From NCBI GenBank assembly GCA_036339875.1, contig JAYZAC010000100.1:1-12455 (forward strand): a stretch of 12,455 nucleotides of DNA, written 5' to 3'. The notes beneath the pieces are model-generated. The model saw nothing but the letters and a program-made list of their open reading frames with translations. It did not search any database and was not told where the DNA came from. Each line of letters opens with the position of its first letter. Position 1 is the stretch's first letter. The position numbers and the translations under genes were made by a program. Source of the stretch: a bacterium (lineage in GTDB: Bacteria > Muiribacteriota > UBA6191). Positions 1 through 8,619 of this stretch are shown piece after piece.

Positions 1-1
1 G

Positions 2-1720
2 CCTGTTATTACTAATAAAATTAGTGCCACATTAAATATCAATGAAAAAGAGACATATTTATATTCATTTATAACTTCTGACCAAGACGCTGGGGATGTC
101 TTGAGCTACTCTGTTAACGCATCGCAGGCCCTTAGTGCTACTATTACTAATCAAGGAGTACTAACACTCATTCCGACTGCGGATGCTGCAGGAAGCTACT
201 TAGTAAGTGTATCAGTAGCCGACTCGAATGGAGCCTCAGACAGTAATTCGTTCTCTCTTAATGTTGCCGAGCAGAATAATCCTCCCGAATTAGAGCCCAT
301 AGCGGAGCCTCTATATGTAAACAGAGCATCTGTATACACGGCTCAATTGTATGCTAGTGATCCTGAAAATGATGCAATCACATATTCTTTCGTGAGTAAA
401 CCTACTAACGTAGAGATTGATCAAAATACAGGTCTTTTAACAATCACACCTCTAGCCGATCAAACTCAAGAGTTTCAGGTGCGCGTAAACGATTCACAGA
501 ATCAATTCTCAACGCCTCGCACAGTAAAATTGCAGTTTACAGATAAACAGCCTCCAGTAATTACATCTGTTCCTAATCAAGTGGGAAGAGTTCTTACACC
601 GTATAGCTATGAAGTGCTATCGGATGCACAGAATTACGTAGTGAGGCTAATTAGAGGACCCATCAATATGGTGGTTCCTCAAAATACTAACTTGATAAAT
701 TGGACTGCTGACTTTAACCAAGATTTGGGTATAGATGAATCAGGAGTCCATATTGTTGAAGTCCGTGTACAAGCCGATGTGGGAGGCGAGACTTTAGAAT
801 CTGACCCGCAGAGGTTTTTACTTACGATCAACAAAGAAAATGAAATCCCCGTTCTTGAATACACCAGAGATCTTAATGATAATCCAATAAGCACCTACGA
901 CGCACTTCAAGGTGCCGCATTCTTCAGAACAGTTCTTAAGCTTACAGACGAAGATGAAACCGATTTAGCACGCCTAGATTTTTATTTTGCTAACACGAAT
1001 AAATCTAGAGAAACTGTTGCAAATACTAACTCTCAAGCTATTGCGCAATTAAGTGAGAAACAAGGCTCGGTTCGTATCGAAAATGGTAAAGCCATTAAGG
1101 AAATCGATTTACTCTGGACTCCTGATAACGGAGCCTCATTTGCAGTGTCTGAAGGTCAAAATAACAAATTTACGATCCTGGCTAGCGATGGTATTAGTGA
1201 AGCTACATCAATTACTATCAATTTCAATGTCACGAACGTGAACGACCCACCTATATTGAATGCGGACGAAAATCAAGGTGGAACAGAAATTGGCTATGTA
1301 GATCAAGTTTACAGAAAAGACTTTTTTGCAAGAGATATTGATAATCAAAAAGTTTTCTTCTGTCTGGATACCCAAGCGTTTTTCGATTTTACGGTCATCG
1401 ATAATTTAGGTAAGTACCCTAGTTTAAGTCCAATTGATCAAGTCGGTGGATTTAACGTTCTCAATGACAATGGAATTTTAAGTTTCACGGGTGATGGAGA
1501 AACCATAGTGAATGGTAATCTTCCCGATAACCATATCTGTACTCAAGGACTTGATGTTACTGACGATCCTTCTCCAGAAAAAGGTCGCTTGAGTAAAGCT
1601 ACGTTAGTATGGACACCGGACGATACTTGGATCGAAAGAGAGCCATTTCCAAATTTAACTTTGACCCTATTTGACGGTATTAGTCCAAATCCAATCGCAA
1701 ATGCATTCAACTTAAAATTA
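2..1720 (+). repeat. About five tandem cadherin-like / putative-Ig (He_PIG-type) protein repeats
   Basis: Repeat boundaries at PVIT (2), NNPPEL (275), QPPVITS (548), NEIPVL (~839) and NVNDPPIL (~1235). Internal DxD-type motifs SDQDAGD, SDPEND, TDED and RDIDN, plus G-x-L-T/LxWTP strands (GVLTLIP, TGLLTITP, INWTA, LLWTPD, LVWTPD). The repeats are diverged and not visible as DNA repeats. Confidence 0.8.
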
Positions 1721-4700
1721 GCTCCGATTATTGACAATCTAGTTCCAGATATTCAATACGTTGGTGAAGAAGTTGCAATATCAGGAGGCGGCATTTTATC
1801 TACTCCAAATCAACTAAATGTAAAATTTATTCGTTCTGATGGTTCTATATCAGCTGTGACAGAAGTTTATGATTTAGGAATTCGTGGTAAAGGTAAATTT
1901 GTTGTACCCGAGGATGCTGCCAGTGGATTTGTTTCGGTTGGCTTTACCTCATTCTCTAGCCCCGTTCCCTTTACAGTTTTAAATGGTAAAACATCTACTT
2001 TAATAGGAAGCACTGACGAAGATCAAGATCTTCTATCCATACCAGCTGGCATTGCATCAACTTATGTAACTGCTGATACTGCTTTGCTCTTTGTTACTAA
2101 TCGAGATTATCACACCATCCATGTATATAAACATACTAGTGAGAAAACCAGTTTAATTGGAATAGTTGCCGGTCAACAGGGTAATTCAGGAGATGTAGAT
2201 GGAAACAATTCTATCTCTCTACTAAATAAGCCTACAGGGTTATCGATAGCTAATTATAAAGGCGAACATTATCTCTTAGTGGCAGATACTAGTAACAACA
2301 AGATAAAAGCCGTAGATATTAGCGATTTAGTTGATGATCATCTTTACGATGAGGTCTGGACAACAACAACTTACACAATTGCTGATAGCAAGCATTTAAA
2401 TAGACCGTACAAGGCTATACAGCATTCAGACCCCACAAGTAGTAGCTATTTTTATATAGCTAATACCTTTGGAAATACAATAGAACTTCTTTACACCGGT
2501 GATAAAACCTTCAACACCTTATCAGCTCGAGAATCAAGTGAAACCACCGATACCTATAAAACTGTAAATAATAAAGTGCTTGTCAATATTGGTGATCAAG
2601 ATGTAAGAGGTAGCACCAATACTTATGCAGTGGCAGGTAGTGGTCATGCTCGTAATGACATACTGGGTAATGTATTTCACCCCGTCGACTTACAGATGGT
2701 GGAGAGCGGTGGAAGCTATCGTATATTAGTTTCTAACTACGCTAATCATAAATACTCATTCAACTCTTCATTTAGACTATTCAAGGGCGAAGAGTCTGAT
2801 CGTAATAATACTAACAGTAATGATATCGCTGATCCCTACAAAGTTAAGGACTTCAATATCGACGCTATGTCCTTAGCTAAGTACAGTCCTGAAACGTTGT
2901 ACGATGGTGATGTATTACTGGTGACCTCATCTAATCATAATTTACTAGGAACAACCGAGGGCATGACAACGTTAGAGGTTACCACTACCGCAAATCAAAC
3001 TGACCTCGCTAAGTATTATATTACTGGACCCGATACTTATTTTAAGGAACCTAATACTTTGGCTGATGATTTACACAGCGATACCAAATTTACATCTGAA
3101 AATGAACTTGAAAAAATTCCAAGTAGACAGCGGACCTTATATCAAACTTATGAATTAGATTATTCAACATCAGTGGTCGATTCGGGTTATATCTCCAATC
3201 CCAATGATATAACAGCAAGAGCAACTACATACATCAAGTACGACACTAAAGAAATTGCGATAACGCCAATTGATAATAAGTCCTTCTATTCGATCTCAGG
3301 TGCAATTATTACAACATTACCTAGCGAAATTGGCGATCGGGCGCCTGGAGAGCCAACCTATTACGACACGAATCGAGATGGTATTGCTGATTTATGGTTA
3401 CCTATACCTGATCTAGGCGAAGTTTTTGTCTTTCCTGGTACAGCTGGTAGCTATCCAGATGCTCCGTTGTCGTTCGATATGCAAAACTACTGGAAATTTG
3501 GATCATCTGCCATAAGTGATGATTGTAACGCAATCCAATGTATGCGTGGAGTAAATAAAGTAGCGTTCGGCCGAATAATACCTCAATTGAGAAAAGAAGC
3601 AACTACAACTAATCAAACAATTATATTAGGCGATGATATGGTGATTGTAGTACCTTTCACTAAACATTATATCGTGGTAGAGGGTCATGGATGGACTTAT
3701 GACGGTAGTAGCACCCTAGGAACTCCACCTACTTCTACAGGTAATTCTACTGCATTACTTCCCGATATAAATTTCCACATAGATCGAGATCAAAGTCAAA
3801 ATGGGGTCGACCGGTGCTGTACTAACTCGGATTGTTCCTCAACGGCACTTTGTTCAGATAGCCTTGGAAATAAACCTAGTAATACTGTTTCTTTCAAGAA
3901 CCCACAAACTTCCCAAGAAATAAACTTCCCATACAGTGTACTAGAATTACAGGATGACAATAATCCAGAAAATGTTTGTATAGGCTCATTTACAATGCAT
4001 CATTTACAGCAAACCTGTAAGTTCGGTTCGGTTGATGCATCAACCTGCTTAAGCGATCCAGATAATCCGGCTGGACCTGGTGATATAACTCTTGCCCATG
4101 AACTCGATGAGACCACCACTCCGAAGTTTTCTGACTTAAGAGATCCTTTGCGAATGTTAGAGCAAATGGTACTAACCTATGAGCCAACTCCAGGTCAAAT
4201 CACGAAATCACTATCATTGAAAATTTTACAATCTGGACCAAAATTAGTATCTGTTGATTTAGCTGTCCCCACCGTAGTTACACCACAGTGTGGAGAGCCA
4301 TTTATTCGCACAGGTTTTGAACTAACTGCATTAGAGGACAAAAACGAAAATAAGAAACAACCTTACGCTGAAGAACCTCCCGATACGAGGAAAAAGGATT
4401 CTATCTTTTATATTGATGTTGAAGGAAAACTCCAGTTTATCGACTTTGATGAGGATAATGCTCAATCTCTATATGGTAAGCCGGTACCCACCGACTTTGC
4501 ACAGACCATCTTTCAAATAAAAGAACCTGATGGTAGTACCATTGCGAGTTCATCAGATTTCTTACTTTATGACGTAACTGGTGATGGCACTCCCGACCTT
4601 CTTTCACTCCATCCAACAGAAAGAAAATTGATCATAACGAAAGGTTCAGGGAATAGGTTATTACTTTTCAATCCTCCATCTACCGAAAACGTCCAAGTAC

Positions 4701-7570
4701 TTAACACATTACCAGACCCGGTTAGAGTCAACGTAGTCAAGTCCAATTCGGCAGACCCACTAAGTACGGCAGCTCATATTGTAGATATCGTAGTTACGAA
4801 TGCAGGAGCTAGTTCTACCACTGTATATGAACACTTCAATACCGATGAAGAAAGCCCTGGAAGATGGTTTAAGTTAGGGGTAAGCTTTGAAGTAGGAGAT
4901 GTAGGCAATCGCTATGGGGATGCCGTAATAGAAACAAGTAATATATTTACTGGTAGAAATGTGGGACAAGCAGCTGAAACAGTATATGGACATGCCGTTT
5001 GGGATAGATATCATTATGGTGCACATGCCCCCGGGGAGTATGCCCATATCGGGTTGGCCTCTACAGAAATAAGCACTAAGGGAATTATTGGGCTTCAATC
5101 CAATCCTACAAAGAATGCTTCTGTACTAACAGCACTACCTCTAACTTCACCTACCATATTCAGGTCTACCCGTAGTTTTGGACTAACTACTGACCCAACA
5201 ATTTTAGAACATATAGATTTAAATCGCGATGGCATAAGCGACATCGTAGTATTGGATTCAAATAATGGTATTCTTACTAATATATTCTCAAATTCCAGTA
5301 CTGGTCTCACCTTTGACCAACAGCCATATTTTTATCCAACTGAGAGAACTGGTGGAATCGCCTTTGGAGATTTAGACCAGCGACGTGATCGGAATAATAT
5401 AAAATCCACTGATATTGTTGTATCAAACTTCAACAAAAACTCAGTAACTATATTCTTCAATGGAGGTATACCAATCTCTGAAGAAACTACAAATAGCTTC
5501 TCATTTTTGCATCCAGATTATCCAGCCCAGACGATTTCAGTTGGTCGGGGTCCCCGAGGACTTACAGTTGCAGATTTAAACAATGATGGCATGCTGGATA
5601 TAGCAGTAGCTAACAAAATAAGTGATAATATAAGCGTCATTTACGCGAAAACTGTTGACCCCGTTACATTCGAAAACCCAGTGTTCTATTCCGTTGACAA
5701 TTCCCCCATCAGTGTACTTGCTATGGCTACTCGAACGCATGCTGGTGAAGTCAATCCCATTCTCGATTTAGTTACAGTAAACAATCAGGGAGAATCTATA
5801 ACAATATTACGCAATAAATCGAAGATTGGATCTTACACAAAGGGATTCTTCAAACCGCAAACTGTTGGAATTGCTGAGTATAGTCCCAGCCATCATCGAA
5901 CTATTGACGCAACCTCAGGTCAAATAAAAGATCCATTTCTTGAAAAACCATTCTTAATTGAATCTGGCGATTTTGGTAATTTAACATCTTATACTTCCAA
6001 TATATTACTTGCTCATCCAACCGTGACCTCTATGGATTCTATTTATCAATCTCAGTTCGAGACAGAATCCCTTCGTTACAATAATCTTGTAATTGGCTAT
6101 CGCTCAATGATTTATAATGTCAAAAATATTGGTGACAAAAATCATAGTGCGCATCGGTCCGCTATCTCTAGTTTTACTGTCAATGCAGACGCTAGTTTAC
6201 GACTTGATTCGATGTACAGCTTAAGTGCAGAAAGCGCCGTGAAAAGCTTAATTTCGAGCGGTGGTCGAATCTACTTTACGGTAAACTCAATTAGTGATCG
6301 TAGTTACACGTTAGAAACCAGCACTGAAGACAGTTTACATACTTCCGCCTCACTATATTCATTACTACTCGATGCCGATCTGATTTCAGATCCACCTAGT
6401 TTAGTATCCACAGTACCGCACCTGACCAATTTTGATATTCTTAACGAAGAGTTTGGCGCTGGGATTGAGGCTATGTCATTTGCTGCTAATTCGACTTCTG
6501 GAGATTCAGTATTCGCTGTTCACTCTGGTAAAAATCGCGGAATATTAAAACTCGATAACTTAACATCGGGAACTTTTCAATCCAATTATCTCGTGAATAC
6601 TCGCCGTGAAACCCCCAGTCAATCGAATGACTCTTCAACTGTTTTGAGTGAGAACATACAACTTCTGAACCCAGGAGGTATGACTATTGACTATAATAAT
6701 CTAACTTTAATTTCAGTTGATCGTGGTAATGAATTTATCCGCATCACAGACTTACAAGATTCGATAACTAGAACAATGCAACTTCGCGGTAGTGAGTCAC
6801 CGAAACTATCAAATGTAGTTGACATAACCAACCAATCAGATACTTTTAATTACTATGCTATTAGTTCCGATCGAAAGTTGTATTTAATTAACCCAAGTGA
6901 TAGTCCTATATCGGTGACAACACAAGTCTTTGATTCTGATCCATTCAACTCACCACCTCATTCGACTATGAATTGGTTTGAAGTAAAATCTAGAGATAAT
7001 TATCTATTCATCGCTGCACGAAATAATAATGAAAACCCAACTGCTGGATATATTTATCGAATTAACTTAGATACGATTCCATTACAAGTAGAAATCTTTA
7101 GTTTTGATAATGGCATAAACGGCTTTGATATAAACTTAGCCGGAAATATGTTGTATTACAGTGAATCGCAAACCTTTCAGATTAAGCAAGTTGACCTCAG
7201 TGTTACGCCAATTAACCCAACCACATTAGTAGGTAGTTTTGGAATTGGAGGCCATTTTGATGGTCCTGCACCGATTGCTCTAATCAACAAACCTGGAGAC
7301 CTCATTTTAAACAGCAAAGAAGACCTACTCTACTTCATAGATGGAAGTTCCATTAGATCCATTAATCTGGATGATTCTATTTCAGGAGAATATCAAGTAG
7401 CAACTATTTCGGGAGACCCTTTCCGAACAGGTATCCTCAATAGTGATGGTCAGAGAGCATTATTTATTAAACCAGCATATCTATATTATGAAACTCGCTC
7501 CGGTAAAGACATTATCTACATAGCCGATGAACTTGCTCACAATATACGAAGAGTGGAAGTAAAACCTTAA
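2..7570 (+). CDS. Giant multidomain surface/adhesin-like protein, 5'-truncated by the window edge (>=2522 aa): cadherin-like Ig repeats, IPT/TIG, NHL repeats, FG-GAP/VCBS repeats, NHL repeats
   Basis: The frame is open from base 2 (PVITNKISATLNINEKETYLYSFITSDQDAGDV-LSYSV...) with no stop before the ORF-track TTG at 101. Those 33 residues are the first half of an Ig repeat, so 101 is not the real start. Stop TAA at 7568-7570. Composition is rich in D/N/S/T, as is typical of extracellular proteins. Confidence 0.92.
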   Translation, partial: PVITNKISATLNINEKETYLYSFITSDQDAGDVLSYSVNASQALSATITNQGVLTLIPTADAAGSYLVSVSVADSNGASDSNSFSLNVAEQNNPPELEPIAEPLYVNRASVYTAQLYASDPENDAITYSFVSKPTNVEIDQNTGLLTITPLADQTQEFQVRVNDSQNQFSTPRTVKLQFTDKQPPVITSVPNQVGRVLTPYSYEVLSDAQNYVVRLIRGPINMVVPQNTNLINWTADFNQDLGIDESGVHIVEVRVQADVGGETLESDPQRFLLTINKENEIPVLEYTRDLNDNPISTYDALQGAAFFRTVLKLTDEDETDLARLDFYFANTNKSRETVANTNSQAIAQLSEKQGSVRIENGKAIKEIDLLWTPDNGASFAVSEGQNNKFTILASDGISEATSITINFNVTNVNDPPILNADENQGGTEIGYVDQVYRKDFFARDIDNQKVFFCLDTQAFFDFTVIDNLGKYPSLSPIDQVGGFNVLNDNGILSFTGDGETIVNGNLPDNHICTQGLDVTDDPSPEKGRLSKATLVWTPDDTWIEREPFPNLTLTLFDGISPNPIANAFNLKLAPIIDNLVPDIQYVGEEVAISGGGILSTPNQLNVKFIRSDGSISAVTEVYDLGIRGKGKFVVPEDAASGFVSVGFTSFSSPVPFTVLNGKTSTLIGSTDEDQDLLSIPAGIASTYVTADTALLFVTNRDYHTIHVYKHTSEKTSLIGIVAGQQGNSGDVDGNNSISLLNKPTGLSIANYKGEHYLLVADTSNNKIKAVDISDLVDDHLYDEVWTTTTYTIADSKHLNRPYKAIQHSDPTSSSYFYIANTFGNTIELLYTGDKTFNTLSARESSETTDTYKTVNNKVLVNIGDQDVRGSTNTYAVAGSGHARNDILGNVFHPVDLQMVESGGSYRILVSNYANHKYSFNSSFRLFKGEESDRNNTNSNDIADPYKVKDFNIDAMSLAKYSPETLYDGDVLLVTSSNHNLLGTTEGMTTLEVTTTANQTDLAKYYITGPDTYFKEPNTLADDLHSDTKFTSENELEKIPSRQRTLYQTYELDYSTSVVDSGYISNPNDITARATTYIKYDTKEIAITPIDNKSFYSISGAIITTLPSEIGDRAPGEPTYYDTNRDGIADLWLPIPDLGEVFVFPGTAGSYPDAPLSFDMQNYWKFGSSAISDDCNAIQCMRGVNKVAFGRIIPQLRKEATTTNQTIILGDDMVIVVPFTKHYIVVEGHGWTYDGSSTLGTPPTSTGNSTALLPDINFHIDRDQSQNGVDRCCTNSDCSSTALCSDSLGNKPSNTVSFKNPQTSQEINFPYSVLELQDDNNPENVCIGSFTMHHLQQTCKFGSVDASTCLSDPDNPAGPGDITLAHELDETTTPKFSDLRDPLRMLEQMVLTYEPTPGQITKSLSLKILQSGPKLVSVDLAVPTVVTPQCGEPFIRTGFELTALEDKNENKKQPYAEEPPDTRKKDSIFYIDVEGKLQFIDFDEDNAQSLYGKPVPTDFAQTIFQIKEPDGSTIASSSDFLLYDVTGDGTPDLLSLHPTERKLIITKGSGNRLLLFNPPSTENVQVLNTLPDPVRVNVVKSNSADPLSTAAHIVDIVVTNAGASSTTVYEHFNTDEESPGRWFKLGVSFEVGDVGNRYGDAVIETSNIFTGRNVGQAAETVYGHAVWDRYHYGAHAPGEYAHIGLASTEISTKGIIGLQSNPTKNASVLTALPLTSPTIFRSTRSFGLTTDPTILEHIDLNRDGISDIVVLDSNNGILTNIFSNSSTGLTFDQQPYFYPTERTGGIAFGDLDQRRDRNNIKSTDIVVSNFNKNSVTIFFNGGIPISEETTNSFSFLHPDYPAQTISVGRGPRGLTVADLNNDGMLDIAVANKISDNISVIYAKTVDPVTFENPVFYSVDNSPISVLAMATRTHAGEVNPILDLVTVNNQGESITILRNKSKIGSYTKGFFKPQTVGIAEYSPSHHRTIDATSGQIKDPFLEKPFLIESGDFGNLTSYTSNILLAHPTVTSMDSIYQSQFETESLRYNNLVIGYRSMIYNVKNIGDKNHSAHRSAISSFTVNADASLRLDSMYSLSAESAVKSLISSGGRIYFTVNSISDRSYTLETSTEDSLHTSASLYSLLLDADLISDPPSLVSTVPHLTNFDILNEEFGAGIEAMSFAANSTSGDSVFAVHSGKNRGILKLDNLTSGTFQSNYLVNTRRETPSQSNDSSTVLSENIQLLNPGGMTIDYNNLTLISVDRGNEFIRITDLQDSITRTMQLRGSESPKLSNVVDITNQSDTFNYYAISSDRKLYLINPSDSPISVTTQVFDSDPFNSPPHSTMNWFEVKSRDNYLFIAARNNNENPTAGYIYRINLDTIPLQVEIFSFDNGINGFDINLAGNMLYYSESQTFQIKQVDLSVTPINPTTLVGSFGIGGHFDGPAPIALINKPGDLILNSKEDLLYFIDGSSIRSINLDDSISGEYQVATISGDPFRTGILNSDGQRALFIKPAYLYYETRSGKDIIYIADELAHNIRRVEVKP
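1724..1980 (+). other. IPT/TIG-like Ig domain within the giant protein
   Basis: PIIDNLVPDIQYVGEEVAISGGG...LNVKF...FVVPEDAASGFVSV...SSPVPFTV matches the usual bacterial IPT/TIG pattern (P-x-I-x-x-h-x-P...G-x-x-V-x-I-x-G...VP-x-x-A-x-SG-x-V-x-V...F-x-V). Confidence 0.75.
2030..2755 (+). repeat. First NHL-repeat block (about 4 recognisable beta-propeller blades)
   Basis: LSIPAGIA...LFVTNRDYHTIHVY; VAGQQGNSGDVDG...LLNKPTGLSI...LLVADTSNNKIKAV; LNRPYKAI...FYIANTFGNTIE; VAGSG...VFHPVDL...ILVSNYANHK. Confidence 0.8.
3362..5980 (+). repeat. FG-GAP/VCBS (integrin-alpha-like, Ca2+-binding) repeat region with long insertions
   Basis: D-x-[N/T]-x-D-G-x-x-D loops: DTNRDGIAD (3365), DVTGDGTPD (4571), DLNRDGISD (5216), DLNNDGMLD (5573). 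Also blade motifs GIAFGDLD...DIVVSNFNKNSVTIFFN, SVGRGPRGLTVAD...DIAVANKISDNISVI, DLVTVNNQGESITILRN and DIVVTNAGASSTTVY. Confidence 0.85.
6662..7567 (+). repeat. C-terminal NHL-repeat beta-propeller (about 6 blades)
   Basis: LLNPGGMTID...VDRGNEFIRI; LSNVVDI; GINGFDIN...LYYSESQTFQIKQVD; LVGSFGIGGHFDGPAPIALINKPGDLIL...LYFIDGSSIRSIN; TISG...DGQRALFIKPAYL...IYIADELAHNIRRV. Confidence 0.82.
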
Positions 7571-8610
7571 TGGATTTATCAATTGTCATCCCAATATTTA
7601 ATGAGGAAGGCAGTCTCCCCTCTTTATTTCATCAAATTAAGGAAGTCTTAAAAGTATCGCAAAAGAACAATCTTAAATGGGAATGTTTACTAGTAGATGA
7701 TGGTAGTCAAGATTCGAGCTGGTCTAAAATGTTGGAGTTGGCTGCTGGAGATAATCGCTTTAAGTTCATAAAATTTCGGAGAAACTTTGGCCAAACTGCT
7801 GCATTAGCGGCGGGCATAAGAGGTTCAAGTGGAGATTGGGTCGCTACTTTGGATGGAGACATGCAAAATGATCCTAATGACATATTACCACTATATCAAA
7901 AAGCCACCATTGAAGGTTGGGATGTAGTTAGCGGATGGCGTAAAAATCGGAAAGATTCTTTTTTACGCAGTCAAGTTAGTAAAATCGCCAACAGACTGGT
8001 TTCTAAGATATCTGGATTAGAGTTACACGACTATGGATGCAGTATGAAAATCTACCGTCGCTCTGTTCTTGATAAATTGAAACTTTATGGAGAGATGCAT
8101 CGATTTTTACCTATATATGCGAGCCTTAAAGGTGCTAAAGTTTGCGAAATGGCAGTCAATCACAGACCAAGAGAACAAGGAGTGTCAAAGTACGGCTACT
8201 TAAGAATCGTTAGAGTTTTGGTAGATATGCTCCTATTTAATTTTCTATTTCGTTCTGGTAAACCTTTTCAATTTTTCGTGAAGATAGGAGTAATAGCACT
8301 ACTTATTGGGTTAGCTACTTTAATTGCTGTCCTAATCAGTCCACCCACCATTAAACTTCTAATATTTTGGTCTCTCTTTGGATTATTAGCAATTCAGATA
8401 GCTGCATGGATGGTCCTGTTTGGATTGATTGTCGAATTGATTCTTCGAACTCACTATTTAGCACAACAAGAGACTCAATATGAAATAATTGCATTGAAGC
8501 ATTTATCATCACATCCCGATTTGAATTTAGCCGGACCAGTTGCAACTAGAAGAAACGACAGCCTTCAGAATAAATCAGAATTCCTTCCGAACGATGAAAT
8601 ACTTAATTAA
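7570..8610 (+). CDS. Glycosyltransferase family 2, polyprenol-phosphate glycosyltransferase type (ArnC/GtrB/DPM1-like), with two C-terminal TM helices
   Basis: LSIVIPIFNEE, LVDDGSQDSS, RRNFGQTAALAAG, DxD motif TLDGDMQNDP, DVVSGWR, LHDYGCSMKIYRR, YGEMHRFLP, VNHRPREQGVSKYG, and two hydrophobic segments (IGVIALLIGLATLIAVLI; LLIFWSLFGLLAIQIAAWMVLFGLIVE). The ATG overlaps the upstream stop (TAATG, 7568-7572). Sugar specificity cannot be read from the sequence. Confidence 0.93.
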   Translation: MDLSIVIPIFNEEGSLPSLFHQIKEVLKVSQKNNLKWECLLVDDGSQDSSWSKMLELAAGDNRFKFIKFRRNFGQTAALAAGIRGSSGDWVATLDGDMQNDPNDILPLYQKATIEGWDVVSGWRKNRKDSFLRSQVSKIANRLVSKISGLELHDYGCSMKIYRRSVLDKLKLYGEMHRFLPIYASLKGAKVCEMAVNHRPREQGVSKYGYLRIVRVLVDMLLFNFLFRSGKPFQFFVKIGVIALLIGLATLIAVLISPPTIKLLIFWSLFGLLAIQIAAWMVLFGLIVELILRTHYLAQQETQYEIIALKHLSSHPDLNLAGPVATRRNDSLQNKSEFLPNDEILN

Positions 8611-8619
8611 CAATCTTAG

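Noticed and set aside
101..103. TTG at 101 as the start of the giant ORF
   Set aside because: The frame is open back to base 2 and the upstream residues continue the same Ig repeat, so the gene starts outside the window.
679..5310. Short alternative-frame ORFs inside the giant gene (679-894, 1053-1241, 1543-1737, 3402-3602, 3990-4187, 4874-5098, 5095-5310)
   Set aside because: They are 62-74 aa, fully nested in a well-supported CDS, and show no recognisable motifs, as expected for shadow ORFs.
2030..7570. Teneurin-like or RHS/YD toxin
   Set aside because: The NHL blades resemble those of teneurin-like proteins, but I found no YD repeats, RHS core motif or C-terminal toxin domain.
7570..8610. 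Assigning the symbol arnC or gtrB
   Set aside because: The family is clear, but no arn or gtr partner genes are present and the substrate cannot be inferred.
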